From Pirellulales bacterium (GTDB lineage: Bacteria; Planctomycetota; Planctomycetia; Pirellulales; Lacipirellulaceae), in NCBI GenBank assembly GCA_022448345.1, contig JAKVCB010000006.1, positions 11,083-75,082 on the forward strand: a DNA stretch of 64,000 nucleotides, given 5' to 3'. Shown in pieces: positions 29,273 to 38,378 of this stretch. The notes beneath the pieces are model-generated. The model was given only the letters and a program-made list of their open reading frames with translations. It ran no database searches and was not told the DNA's origin. How positions within the stretch are numbered: the first letter of the stretch is position 1; each line of letters opens with the position of its first letter. The position numbers and the translations under genes were made by a program.

Positions 29273-32200
29273 GTGGAGTCCGAGATGGTCAGCTGTAAGG
29301 TCTGCATTTTTCAATTTTGGCTAACGGTACTTATTGCAAGTTGCGCCATCGCAGCCGACTGCCCGATGTGGCGCTACGATGCTTCCCGCAGCGGAGCTAT
29401 CTCCGAGGCACTGCCTGCGGATCTTCAGCGGTCGTGGTCCCGCGATCTTGGGCCAAACCATATTGCCTGGTCGGAAGATGTGCGTCTTCAATTCGACGCC
29501 TGTTATCAACCGATTGTGGTTGGCCAAACGATGTTCGTAGCTTCCTCCCGCAATGACACGGTTGGGGCTTTCGACACGCGCACCGGTGAGGCTAAGTGGC
29601 AGTTTTTTGCCGACGGTCCCATCCGGCTGGCTCCGGTTGCGCATGCTGGCCGAATTTATTTTGGTGCGGACGACGGATTCTTTTATTGTGTTGATGCAAA
29701 CAACGGCCAGCTTATCTGGAAAGCAGATGTTGCGATGGAAGAGCGTCGCATATTGGGCAACGAGAGATTAATTTCCTTGTGGCCGGTGCGAGGTGGGGCG
29801 GTTTTGGTCGGGAACCAAATGTTTTTCACCGTCGGAGTTTGGCCATTCGAAGGCCTTCAGACATATCAGTTTACGGTTTCGGATACGGGAAATCAGGTAC
29901 CCGAGTTTCGAACCAGTGTTCCTAATTCTCTTTCCCCCCAGGGATACCTGGTTGCCAGTGATGGCAAACTGTTTTTCCCTGGTGGACGTGCGAAAGCAGG
30001 GTCGATGCAAACAGGTCGTCCGGTGAGTCTCGATTATGATGCACCGGGTAAGACCGATTGGCATGTGGCTGCGTCGGGCCCTTTGCTTTTTCATGGTGGG
30101 CGTATCTACGACAACCAGGCCCGCCAGACTTATAGCCTGGAGGCACCTCGTCCCGTGGCCGCTGAGGGCTGGATTTACACCGCCCGGGCTCTTGAAAACG
30201 AGCAGGGTGAAGTCGTCAGTTACAAAATCTTTGGGATCAACAGCAATCAAGGCGAGGACCTTCGATCCACGGAGGGAGAAAGCCAGGTGGTTGATCGTGG
30301 CAACCTTTTACCGGCATGGGAATACGTGCTCGAACTCGATCCCGCCTCAGAGAATGGCGAATTTGCGCTGGGAGTAAAGGCAGGTTCCCGTCTCTATGGT
30401 TACCTCGGATCGACGATTTTTGCCCTCGAACTGCCGTCTAAAGAGGACGGCGCGCGGCTTGCCTGGACGAAGGTGGTCGACGGCACACCCGGCTCCCTGC
30501 TGGCGGCTGACGATCGACTTTATGTGGTCACCAAAGAAGGAAAGATTGACTGCTTTGCCAAGCAGCCAGGTCCATCCCAAAGTTGGTCAGTGGCTCAAGC
30601 CAACCTGCCAGAGCCAGCCGATGCCACAAAAAATACCGTGGCCGATTGGGTGGAGGCAACGGACTGTTCAGCCGGCTATGGCTTGATCCTTGGGATTGGT
30701 TCGCCGGAACTGGTCAACGCGCTGCTTCAAGAGACGGAACTTCGCTTGATTGTGATCGATCCCGATCCGGCGAAGGTTGAGCAGTTGCGCCGCTATTACG
30801 ACGCGGCAGGATTGTATGGAATACGGATCAGCGCAATTGCGGCAGATCCGCTTGAAATCTCTTTGCCTCCCTATCTTGCCAAGTTGATGGTTGTCCAACA
30901 GCCCGAAGTGATCCTGGGAAGCAATCCGCAGGGAGACTATCACCAGCTTTATCAGGTATTACGACCCTACGGTGGGGCACTGGCATTCCACCAGTCAGAC
31001 GGTCGACAGGTTGAACTTATGCGGCAGGTGGCCCGTCAGCAACTGGCCAATTCAGAAGTGAACGCCCAGGGAGAATGGACCATGGTGCAGCGCCAAGGCG
31101 CATTGCCGGGCGCTGCGGACTGGACCCATGAATATTCCGACCCAAGCAACACGCTGATGTCTCAGGACCAGCTTGTGAGGGCGCCGCTGGGAATCCTCTG
31201 GTTTGGTGGCCCCGCATCGCGGGGTGAGCATTTTTACAACAGGCATTCCTGGCCTCCCAGCTTAAAGGTCTCACAGGGCCGGATGTTTATACAAGGTCCG
31301 GAGCGGCTGACCTGTGTCGATATCTACACGGGCCGCCTCATCTGGTCCAAAGAGTTAGTCGCCGGGGGCGGTGCAGGACGGCGTGGTAATTTTTTTGAGG
31401 TGGAGAAGCCAGGTTATCATTATGCGGTTGGCGATGGTGGACTTTACCTTGTCTCCAACAATCGGTGTGTCTGGTTAGATCCTGCCACGGGTCATCAATT
31501 GGGGGAATTCAAACTTCCCGAACCCAATGACCAATGGGGGGATGTGCGCATTTGGAAAAACCTCTTGTTGACGACCGTTTTCCGCACCACCGGCGACGGA
31601 GAGAGTCAGCCAAAGTTGATTTTGGCGCTGGACCGCACGACCGGGCAGGTGGTCTGGGCGCGCGAGGCCCAGTCTGCCGTGCCATTGGTTGCCCTGGGTG
31701 AGGACACGCTTTTCTATTTCGATGGATTGATGCACGGATTTTATGATGCCTGGGGTCGAAAGGGGGAGGTCCCCGAGGCGGAGCCTGCCAGGTATCTCGT
31801 TGCGTTGGATGCTGCCACGGGAAACCAGAAATGGCTTAACACGATTGATCGCGTGGTTACCTGGCTCTCCTACTCCAAGGAGCATGAGCTTTTGATCGCG
31901 TCGAACAAGGCGGGTATGGATGCGGTTAGTGGCGCGACAGGTGAAACCTACTGGACCAAAGAGAACGAAGCGCCCGGTTTTGGGGGGCATCCGGAGAATG
32001 TCTGGGATAAGGTGATTTTGCGTGACAACTGGGTCATTGATCAGCGGGGTCCCGGTTTGGCGTACGACATTCACAGCGGGGAGCCGATCACGCGGAGTCA
32101 TCCGGTTTCGGGCGAACCTGTTCCGTGGGAGTTCACCAAGACAGGCCATCACTGCAATTACGCAATTTCAAGTCCCCATTTGCTTACTTTTCGCGCCGGT

Positions 32201-32938
32201 ACTGCGGGTTTCTTTGATATTGAGAGTGGCGGCACCGGGCGACTGGAAGGTTTTCGGTCGGGTTGTCGCAACAGTTTGATTCCAGCTGGGGGAGTTCTCA
32301 ACGCTCCCAACTATGCGCATGGTTGCAGTTGTAATTACAACTTGTTTACTTCGTTGGCACTGGTCCACGTGCCTGAAAACGATTTTTGGTCGTACAACGC
32401 ATTCGAAACGCCGGCCGGAACGGTCAAGCGTTTAGGGATCAATCTCGGTGCTCCCGGGCACCGGCAGGATGATCAGGGCACCTTGTGGCTCAATTATCCG
32501 GATACGCACGAACCATTTAACGGTGAGCCATCGATCGCGGCAGACGTACAAGTTGTCGGGGAATCGGCTCGCTGGTTTCAATTGCCGACAAAGCAAATTG
32601 AGGGTGCGAGTTTGCCGTGGGTGGCCGCCTCGGGTGTCGAAGGCATGTCGTCGCTCGTCGTTAATCTTCCAGGGGACGCCAAAGAAAAAGTGTTTGAAGT
32701 GACGCTGATCTTTGTCGAGCCTGATCCTCGCCAGGCAGGTAAGCGGAGCTTCGATATTGCCTTGCAGGGAAAAGAGGTCAAGCAGTCGATCGATATTGCA
32801 GAGGCGGCAGGCGGCGCACAAAAAACGTTGGTCTTGCCTGTCGGTAAAGTGAAACTTACAGACCAGTTAGTGATTGGGTTCACTCCGCAACAGGGACAAC
32901 CCTTGATTTGTGGAGTTCAGCTGGTCGCTGACGAATGA
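29273..32938 (+). CDS. Large secreted PQQ-like (BamB-type) beta-propeller repeat protein with a central Rossmann/methyltransferase-like segment and a malectin-like C-terminus
   Basis: Signal peptide. PQQ-type blades (GRIYFGADDGFFYCVDANNGQLIWK; DRLYVVTKEGKIDCF; VDIYTGRLIWSKE; LDRTTGQVVWARE). GYGLILGIGSPELVNALLQETELRLIVIDPD resembles SAM-MTase motif I. The C-terminal FDIALQGKEVKQSIDI is malectin-like. Confidence 0.7.
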   Translation: MESEMVSCKVCIFQFWLTVLIASCAIAADCPMWRYDASRSGAISEALPADLQRSWSRDLGPNHIAWSEDVRLQFDACYQPIVVGQTMFVASSRNDTVGAFDTRTGEAKWQFFADGPIRLAPVAHAGRIYFGADDGFFYCVDANNGQLIWKADVAMEERRILGNERLISLWPVRGGAVLVGNQMFFTVGVWPFEGLQTYQFTVSDTGNQVPEFRTSVPNSLSPQGYLVASDGKLFFPGGRAKAGSMQTGRPVSLDYDAPGKTDWHVAASGPLLFHGGRIYDNQARQTYSLEAPRPVAAEGWIYTARALENEQGEVVSYKIFGINSNQGEDLRSTEGESQVVDRGNLLPAWEYVLELDPASENGEFALGVKAGSRLYGYLGSTIFALELPSKEDGARLAWTKVVDGTPGSLLAADDRLYVVTKEGKIDCFAKQPGPSQSWSVAQANLPEPADATKNTVADWVEATDCSAGYGLILGIGSPELVNALLQETELRLIVIDPDPAKVEQLRRYYDAAGLYGIRISAIAADPLEISLPPYLAKLMVVQQPEVILGSNPQGDYHQLYQVLRPYGGALAFHQSDGRQVELMRQVARQQLANSEVNAQGEWTMVQRQGALPGAADWTHEYSDPSNTLMSQDQLVRAPLGILWFGGPASRGEHFYNRHSWPPSLKVSQGRMFIQGPERLTCVDIYTGRLIWSKELVAGGGAGRRGNFFEVEKPGYHYAVGDGGLYLVSNNRCVWLDPATGHQLGEFKLPEPNDQWGDVRIWKNLLLTTVFRTTGDGESQPKLILALDRTTGQVVWAREAQSAVPLVALGEDTLFYFDGLMHGFYDAWGRKGEVPEAEPARYLVALDAATGNQKWLNTIDRVVTWLSYSKEHELLIASNKAGMDAVSGATGETYWTKENEAPGFGGHPENVWDKVILRDNWVIDQRGPGLAYDIHSGEPITRSHPVSGEPVPWEFTKTGHHCNYAISSPHLLTFRAGTAGFFDIESGGTGRLEGFRSGCRNSLIPAGGVLNAPNYAHGCSCNYNLFTSLALVHVPENDFWSYNAFETPAGTVKRLGINLGAPGHRQDDQGTLWLNYPDTHEPFNGEPSIAADVQVVGESARWFQLPTKQIEGASLPWVAASGVEGMSSLVVNLPGDAKEKVFEVTLIFVEPDPRQAGKRSFDIALQGKEVKQSIDIAEAAGGAQKTLVLPVGKVKLTDQLVIGFTPQQGQPLICGVQLVADE

Positions 32939-32941
32939 GCT

Positions 32942-35900
32942 TTACCGAAAGCGATTTCTGACTGGGATTCCGATCAGCGCGATCCACAGGCCCACAAGCA
33001 GGCTGGCCGGTTCAGGAACGGCGGCCGTATTTTCGGTGCCAGTGGCACCGAAATTGTTTTTCCACACCAGGTAATCGAACTGGCCGACGGGGCCTGTCGC
33101 GCTGGGATCTCGATTCGGCAACGTCGCGGTCCCAAGCTGGTCAATCCACACGGTGTAGTCAGCTGCATCGACAACACCATCGCTGTTGTAATCGCCGGGC
33201 AGTACGGCCGGTCCAGTCACCGTCGACTCGAGCAGCAATTCTCCCAGGCTGTAGACCAGTTTAAACTTGTCTCCGTCAGGTCCCCCCAGGACAACACCGC
33301 TATTGGCGATGCTTACCGCTTGCAAAACAGAAAACCGATCGCCGAGGTCGGGATAGTAATCTCCCATGAGCGTGACCGCCAGGGTGCCGTTGAGGTACGC
33401 ATTCTCGCCTACCTGCAGCGCGTCAAATTCGGTGGCAGAGGTACCGCCGATCTCGATCTCCAGTGCACTGGCAGGTCCCATCGTAAAATCACCGGTAACG
33501 GACAATTGCCCGATGCCATGACCAGGTGCAACCATAGCGGCACTGGTGAGCAGGTCTCCATTGACCACTCCATCGCCCCCCAGATAGCCGCCGTTGTGTT
33601 GGAAGGTGCCGCTTTGGGTGGTGGTGTCGGAGTCGAGATACAAACGTCCTGCACCTGACTTGGTGACGGTTTGGTTTTCAAAGTCAAAGGTACCTTCGAG
33701 TGTTAGTTCAGCTCCGGTGGCGATGTCGATGGTGGTTGTTGCTTCGGCGGCGACCGGCGCGGTCCAGTTGTGGCTTCCTCCGGTGACCGTGAGCGCGGCA
33801 AACCCGGTATCAGCATCGAGGGTAAGCGTTCTGTTGCCTCCAAGTCGGTAGGAACTCGACCCGTCGAGGTTGATCTCCCGCACAGTTGCCGGGGAGTTCA
33901 TTGTTACCGTGGTGACCGACGACCCGGCACCGGTCAGCACAACCGTGTTGTCATTGCCGTTGGGAATACCTGCAGGAGTCCAACTGGCCGAGTTGTGCCA
34001 GCTTCCGCTGGACCCGGCCCATTGGAAATCCGTTGGCAGTGGCATGGCCGTCGACTCGAGTATCAATTCTCCGGAGCTGTAGACCAGTTTAAACTTGTCT
34101 CCGTCAGGTCCCCCCAGGACGACACCGCTATTGGCGATGCTTACCGCTTGCAAAATAGAAAACCGCTCGCCGAGGTCGGGATAGTAATCGTCGGTGAGCG
34201 TGACCGCCAGGGTTCCGTTAAGGTATGCATTCTCGCCTACCTGCAGCGCGTCAAAGTGATTGGTAGAGGTACCGCCGATTTCGATCTCCAGTGTACTGCC
34301 GGATCCCATCGTGAAATCGCCGGTAACGGACAATTGCCCGATGCCGTGACCAGGTGCAACCGTTGCGCTACTTGTGAGCAGGTCTCCGTTGACCACCCCA
34401 TCGCCACCCAGGTAGCCGCCGGTATGTTGGAAGGCACCGCTTTGAGTGGTGGTGTCGGAGTCGAGATACAAACGTCCCGCACCTGACTTGGTGACGGTTT
34501 GGTTCTCAAAGTCAAAGGTACCTTCGAGTGTCAGTTCGGCTCCAGCGGCGATGTCGATGGTGGTGGATCTGTCGATAGCGACCGGGGCCGTCCAGTTGTG
34601 GCTTCCTCCGGTGACCGTGAGCGCGGCAAACCCGGTATCAGCATCGAGGGTAAGCGTTCTGTTGCCTCCAAGTCGGTAGGAACTCGACCCGTCGAGGTTG
34701 ATCTCCCGCACAGTTGCCGGGGAGTTCATTGTTACCGTGGTGACCGACGACCCGGCGCCGGTCAGCACAACCGTGTTGTCATCACCGTTGGGAACACCTG
34801 CAGGCGTCCAACTGGCTGAGTTGTGCCAGTTGCCGCTCGATCCGGCCCACTGGAAATCAGTCGGCAGTGGCATGGCGGTCGACTCGAGCACCAATTCTCC
34901 GGAGCTGTAGACCAGTTTGAACTTGTCTCCGTCAGGTCCCCCCAGGACGACACCGCTATTGGCGATGCTTGTCGCTTGCAAGATAGAAAACCGCTCGCCG
35001 AGGTCGGGATAGTAATTGTCGGTGAGCGCGACCGCCAGGGTTCCGTTGAGGTACGCATTCTCGCCGACCTGCAGCGTGTCGAATTGGCTGGCAGAGGTGC
35101 CACCGATCTCGATTTCTAGCGCACTGCCCGACCCCATCGTGAAATCACCCGTAACGGACAATTGCCCGATGCCATGACCGGGAGTGACTGTTGCGGCAGC
35201 CAGGGTCAGGTCGCCATTGAGGGCGCCATTGCCTCCTAAAAAACCGTTGTTGTGTTGGAAGGTACCGAACGTGGTTGTGGTTTCGGAGTCAAGATACAGA
35301 TGTCCCGAACCTGATTTAGTGACGGTCTGGTTCAAAAAGTCGAAGGTGCCTTCGAGTGTCAGTTCGGCGCCGGTGGCGATGTCGATGGTAGTAGATGTTG
35401 TGGCGGCGACCGGGGCGGTCCAGATGTGGTTTCCACCGGTGACCGTCAGGCTGGCAGCGCCGGTATTGGCAGCGAGTGTCAATTTGTGGGTGCCTCCAAG
35501 CCGGTAGGAACTCGACCCATCGAGAGTGATCTCCCGGACGGTTGCCGGGAAGTTCATCACCACGGTGGTGGCCAACGGCCCGGCGCCAGTGAACACGACC
35601 GTGTGGTCATCACCGTTGGGAATACCCGAGGGCGTCCAACTGCCCGAGTTATGCCAGTTGCCGCTGGATAAGTTGTTCCACTGAAAATCAGTTGCCGGTG
35701 GACCGACCGAGACAACCTCTGCATCGGTCGCGTATTGCAGGATCCAATCGTTGATAGGTGCCGAACGAATGTAAACGCCACCCGTGTCGTATTTTCCAAT
35801 AACATCACCGCCACTTCCGCCCGACCAGGCCTGGCTCATGACACCCGCAATGGCATAGGTGCCCTCGACATTCAGCAAAACAGCCCCTCCGCTGTCGCCC

Positions 35901-36484
35901 TGGGCACCTCCTCCTTCGAGCGGCTGGGCACCTGCCGAGGGCTTGCGGAACCAGGTTAACAGTTTTTGGTTTCCCCAACCCCAGGCATCGCCATTGGCGT
36001 AGACATAGGTCTCGGCGGCGCGGCGGGTACCCCCGGTGCCTGCTTGTTGTCCGCTGTTTCCAGTTCCCGTATTTCCCGCCCCAAGCACAATAGCTTCTTG
36101 TCCGTCTTCGATGCCAAAATCAAGGTCATAAAGGGGAACTGGATTGATCCCGGTCAGGGGGCTTGAAAGTTTTCCGACACCAATATCTCCCCAACTGGAA
36201 TGGCGATGTTGTTCGACAATGCTCCTGGTCCCGGCCGCTGTTGAAAAGGAGATGTTTCCACTGAGCACATGGCCGGCTGTGAGAATCCAATTGGGGGAGA
36301 TGAGAGTGCCGCTACCGATCCACCCGCTGCCAGAGATGAGGCCACCCTGGGGATGGGTCGAGTTGGCCAGGTGGGTGTAGGACGAATCGGGCGTATCGTG
36401 GCGAATCGTGATCGCCGATCCCGGCTGCACCGCAAGGATAAATACGATAAAAAACCCTGTGATGATATGTCGCACCATCAGCAA
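32942..36484 (-). CDS. Surface protein: trypsin-like S1 serine protease, three copies of a 276-aa beta-strand repeat module, a dockerin-like loop and a PEP-CTERM anchor
   Basis: Catalytic triad context LTAGHVL (His), WGDIGVGKL (Asp) and GDSGGAVLL (Ser). Three repeats start DFQW..SG.WHNS.SWTP.G.PNG and contain PATVREI.LDGSSSYRLGG. The C-terminus is GDYNSDGVVDAADYTVW ... VPEPASLLVGLWIALIGIPVRNRFR. Confidence 0.8.
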   Translation of the reverse strand: MLMVRHIITGFFIVFILAVQPGSAITIRHDTPDSSYTHLANSTHPQGGLISGSGWIGSGTLISPNWILTAGHVLSGNISFSTAAGTRSIVEQHRHSSWGDIGVGKLSSPLTGINPVPLYDLDFGIEDGQEAIVLGAGNTGTGNSGQQAGTGGTRRAAETYVYANGDAWGWGNQKLLTWFRKPSAGAQPLEGGGAQGDSGGAVLLNVEGTYAIAGVMSQAWSGGSGGDVIGKYDTGGVYIRSAPINDWILQYATDAEVVSVGPPATDFQWNNLSSGNWHNSGSWTPSGIPNGDDHTVVFTGAGPLATTVVMNFPATVREITLDGSSSYRLGGTHKLTLAANTGAASLTVTGGNHIWTAPVAATTSTTIDIATGAELTLEGTFDFLNQTVTKSGSGHLYLDSETTTTFGTFQHNNGFLGGNGALNGDLTLAAATVTPGHGIGQLSVTGDFTMGSGSALEIEIGGTSASQFDTLQVGENAYLNGTLAVALTDNYYPDLGERFSILQATSIANSGVVLGGPDGDKFKLVYSSGELVLESTAMPLPTDFQWAGSSGNWHNSASWTPAGVPNGDDNTVVLTGAGSSVTTVTMNSPATVREINLDGSSSYRLGGNRTLTLDADTGFAALTVTGGSHNWTAPVAIDRSTTIDIAAGAELTLEGTFDFENQTVTKSGAGRLYLDSDTTTQSGAFQHTGGYLGGDGVVNGDLLTSSATVAPGHGIGQLSVTGDFTMGSGSTLEIEIGGTSTNHFDALQVGENAYLNGTLAVTLTDDYYPDLGERFSILQAVSIANSGVVLGGPDGDKFKLVYSSGELILESTAMPLPTDFQWAGSSGSWHNSASWTPAGIPNGNDNTVVLTGAGSSVTTVTMNSPATVREINLDGSSSYRLGGNRTLTLDADTGFAALTVTGGSHNWTAPVAAEATTTIDIATGAELTLEGTFDFENQTVTKSGAGRLYLDSDTTTQSGTFQHNGGYLGGDGVVNGDLLTSAAMVAPGHGIGQLSVTGDFTMGPASALEIEIGGTSATEFDALQVGENAYLNGTLAVTLMGDYYPDLGDRFSVLQAVSIANSGVVLGGPDGDKFKLVYSLGELLLESTVTGPAVLPGDYNSDGVVDAADYTVWIDQLGTATLPNRDPSATGPVGQFDYLVWKNNFGATGTENTAAVPEPASLLVGLWIALIGIPVRNRFR
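33190..35680 (-). repeat. Three tandem in-frame copies of an 828-bp (276-codon) coding repeat
   Basis: The landmark gtagaccagttt(a/g)aacttgtctccgtcagg recurs at 33251, 34079 and 34907, a period of exactly 828 bp. The two promoter-distal copies share a run of about 165 bp with no mismatch (33762-33928 vs 34590-34756). Confidence 0.9.
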
Positions 36485-36491
36485 TCCGCGG

Positions 36492-36525
36492 TTCTACGGG
36501 AAGTTTCTACGGGAAGTTTCTACGG
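36492..36525. repeat. 13-bp direct repeat (ttctacgggaagt, 2.6 copies) followed by a short palindrome, 8-55 nt upstream of the trypsin-like gene start
   Basis: Read directly: ttctacgggaagt ttctacgggaagt ttctacgg, then cggaaaa-ag-ttttccg at 36523-36538. Confidence 0.8.
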
Positions 36526-36726
36526 AAAAAGTTTTCCGCCGAAAAATAGTTCCAAACCCATTCTACTTGAAAAAGGTTTCTCCCTGGGCAAAAAAATGGC
36601 AACCTTGCAGTCGATCAGACGGGTGGTACCACCCGTTTGGAACGCTGCCATGCGACCCTGGCCGCTGCGGAGACCCGTCGCTAGAATTCCAAGGAGGGTA
36701 ACCATAACCGGGTCGATCATCGCTGG

Positions 36727-38199
36727 TTGAATCAGGCCAAATCTCTCGACAAAAGTGAGTACGTTGTGACTGAGTTGCGTGTTGGAATTGTTGGCTTTGA
36801 CATCACTCCTGAAATTCATCCCGAATATGGTGCCTGGGGTACGACACCCCAAATGACCAAGGTCGACAAGCCGTTGTTGGCACGGTGTATCGTTTTGGAC
36901 GATGGCGTCCAACGCATCGTCTGGTTCGGGTCAGATTTGTGTGGCAACCCAGTCCATGAAACAGATCGGTTCCGGGACGAAGTTGCCGAAGCGCTCGATA
37001 TGCCACGGCAACAGGTGATATGGTCGACCAGCCAGACCCATTCAAGCCCGACCATTCCCGGTTCAGGGATGCCTGGCGGTTCGAGCATTACGACTCGCGG
37101 AACGTATAGCACGGAATACTGTGATTCGCAGTTTCGCAACCTCATGGTTTCCTACCAGGAAGCAGCGAGGGAGGCAATCGAGCGTTTGCAGCCGGCAAAT
37201 GTTTTTGTCGGCAAAGGGCACTGCGATTCGATGAGTTACAACACGCGCTTTCCGATGCCTGGTGGCGGTGTAAAATTCAGCCGCAATTATGCGGAGGGTT
37301 TGCAAGGGGGCAAGTATTTCGATCCGACCATTGGCCTGGTGCGATTTGAAGACAAGCAGGGCCATCCACTGGGTGCAATTTTCAATTTCTGCTGCCACCC
37401 TGCCACGATGATCAATGATGTGATGGTTTCACCCGATTGGGTGGGGACGGCGCGCGAACATATCGAGGAGGTCATTGCCGGTGCTCCGGCGATGTACGTG
37501 CAGGGTTTTTGTGGCGATGTGAATTGTTACCACATCTTTGGGACACCGGACCAGGCGCGGCATAGCGGTGACAAACTCGGCAAAGCGGCCGCTCAAGCGA
37601 TGGCCCTTTCGATTCCGGCTCGCTCCCTGCCACTTTGTTCCAGTTGGAAGACGATCGATTTGGCTTGTCGACCCATGTATAGCCGTAGAGAGATCCAGCA
37701 GAATATTGATCGACGCGAGAGTTTCATCGAAGACCTTCGACACGATCCTGAAGCGACCTGGTTTTGCGGAGTCAATTATCCTGAAAATTTCCCTGTGGAA
37801 GATAAGATCAAGGGTGTGAGTCTCCAAATCGGCTATTTCAAAGAAGCGCTTCGCCTATTGGAAGCAGCTGAGCCAGTCCGGACGACGCTCCAGTTGCCGA
37901 TAGGTGGCATTCGTATTGGAGACGTGGTAGCAGCCATTTCAGCGGGAGAAAATTTCACCCAAACCGGACGCCAACTCCGTGAACGATCTCCTTTTGTCCA
38001 TACGCTTGTCTGCGGAGATACCAACGGCCTGTTCGGTTATATCGGTGACGATCGGGAAATAGATCGAGGCGGTTATGAAACCGATTCTTTTTGGACGATT
38101 ATGTTTTTCGATGGATTCCGCCTGCCGCTGGCCAAGGGAACCGTCACTAGAATTTTGAGCGCGTTTGACGACATTTTCCAGGAGTTGGGTGCCGCTTAA
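36727..38199 (+). CDS. Hypothetical protein, possibly neutral/alkaline-ceramidase-N-terminal-like hydrolase fold
   Basis: VGIVGFDITPE ... LLARCIVLDD ... WSTSQTHSSP ... FNFCCHPATM..VSPDWVG resembles the ceramidase-like pattern (DITP / aR / THTHSgP / H.t...S.D). No signal peptide is evident. Confidence 0.45.
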   Translation: MNQAKSLDKSEYVVTELRVGIVGFDITPEIHPEYGAWGTTPQMTKVDKPLLARCIVLDDGVQRIVWFGSDLCGNPVHETDRFRDEVAEALDMPRQQVIWSTSQTHSSPTIPGSGMPGGSSITTRGTYSTEYCDSQFRNLMVSYQEAAREAIERLQPANVFVGKGHCDSMSYNTRFPMPGGGVKFSRNYAEGLQGGKYFDPTIGLVRFEDKQGHPLGAIFNFCCHPATMINDVMVSPDWVGTAREHIEEVIAGAPAMYVQGFCGDVNCYHIFGTPDQARHSGDKLGKAAAQAMALSIPARSLPLCSSWKTIDLACRPMYSRREIQQNIDRRESFIEDLRHDPEATWFCGVNYPENFPVEDKIKGVSLQIGYFKEALRLLEAAEPVRTTLQLPIGGIRIGDVVAAISAGENFTQTGRQLRERSPFVHTLVCGDTNGLFGYIGDDREIDRGGYETDSFWTIMFFDGFRLPLAKGTVTRILSAFDDIFQELGAA

Positions 38200-38378
38200 C
38201 AATTCCCGGTACAGGGCACTTTTTATGCTCGTTTCAGCCCAGCGGATTGGTTTCACCACGGGTCACGCGGTGCATTTTCTGGACGAGCGTTTTAGAAGCC
38301 TGTTTCAACAGAAGGGTTTGATTCAGCGATGCACAGAAACTTGGTATCTGTCACCAACGAGTTGCTTCCCGTTGCTGA

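Noticed and set aside
33770-34486. Plus-strand ORFs inside the repeat stalks (33770-34486 and 34499-34819; also 40251-40925 and 40938-41471 in the second gene)
   Set aside because: They are antisense to strongly supported repeat-protein genes and recur only because the underlying DNA is repeated. Their Gly/Arg/Val-rich translations have no motifs.
33190-35680. Regular tandem repeats, considered as a possible CRISPR-like or satellite array
   Set aside because: The period is 828 bp, there is no short repeat/spacer alternation, and the repeats are in frame within a long ORF encoding a repeated protein module.
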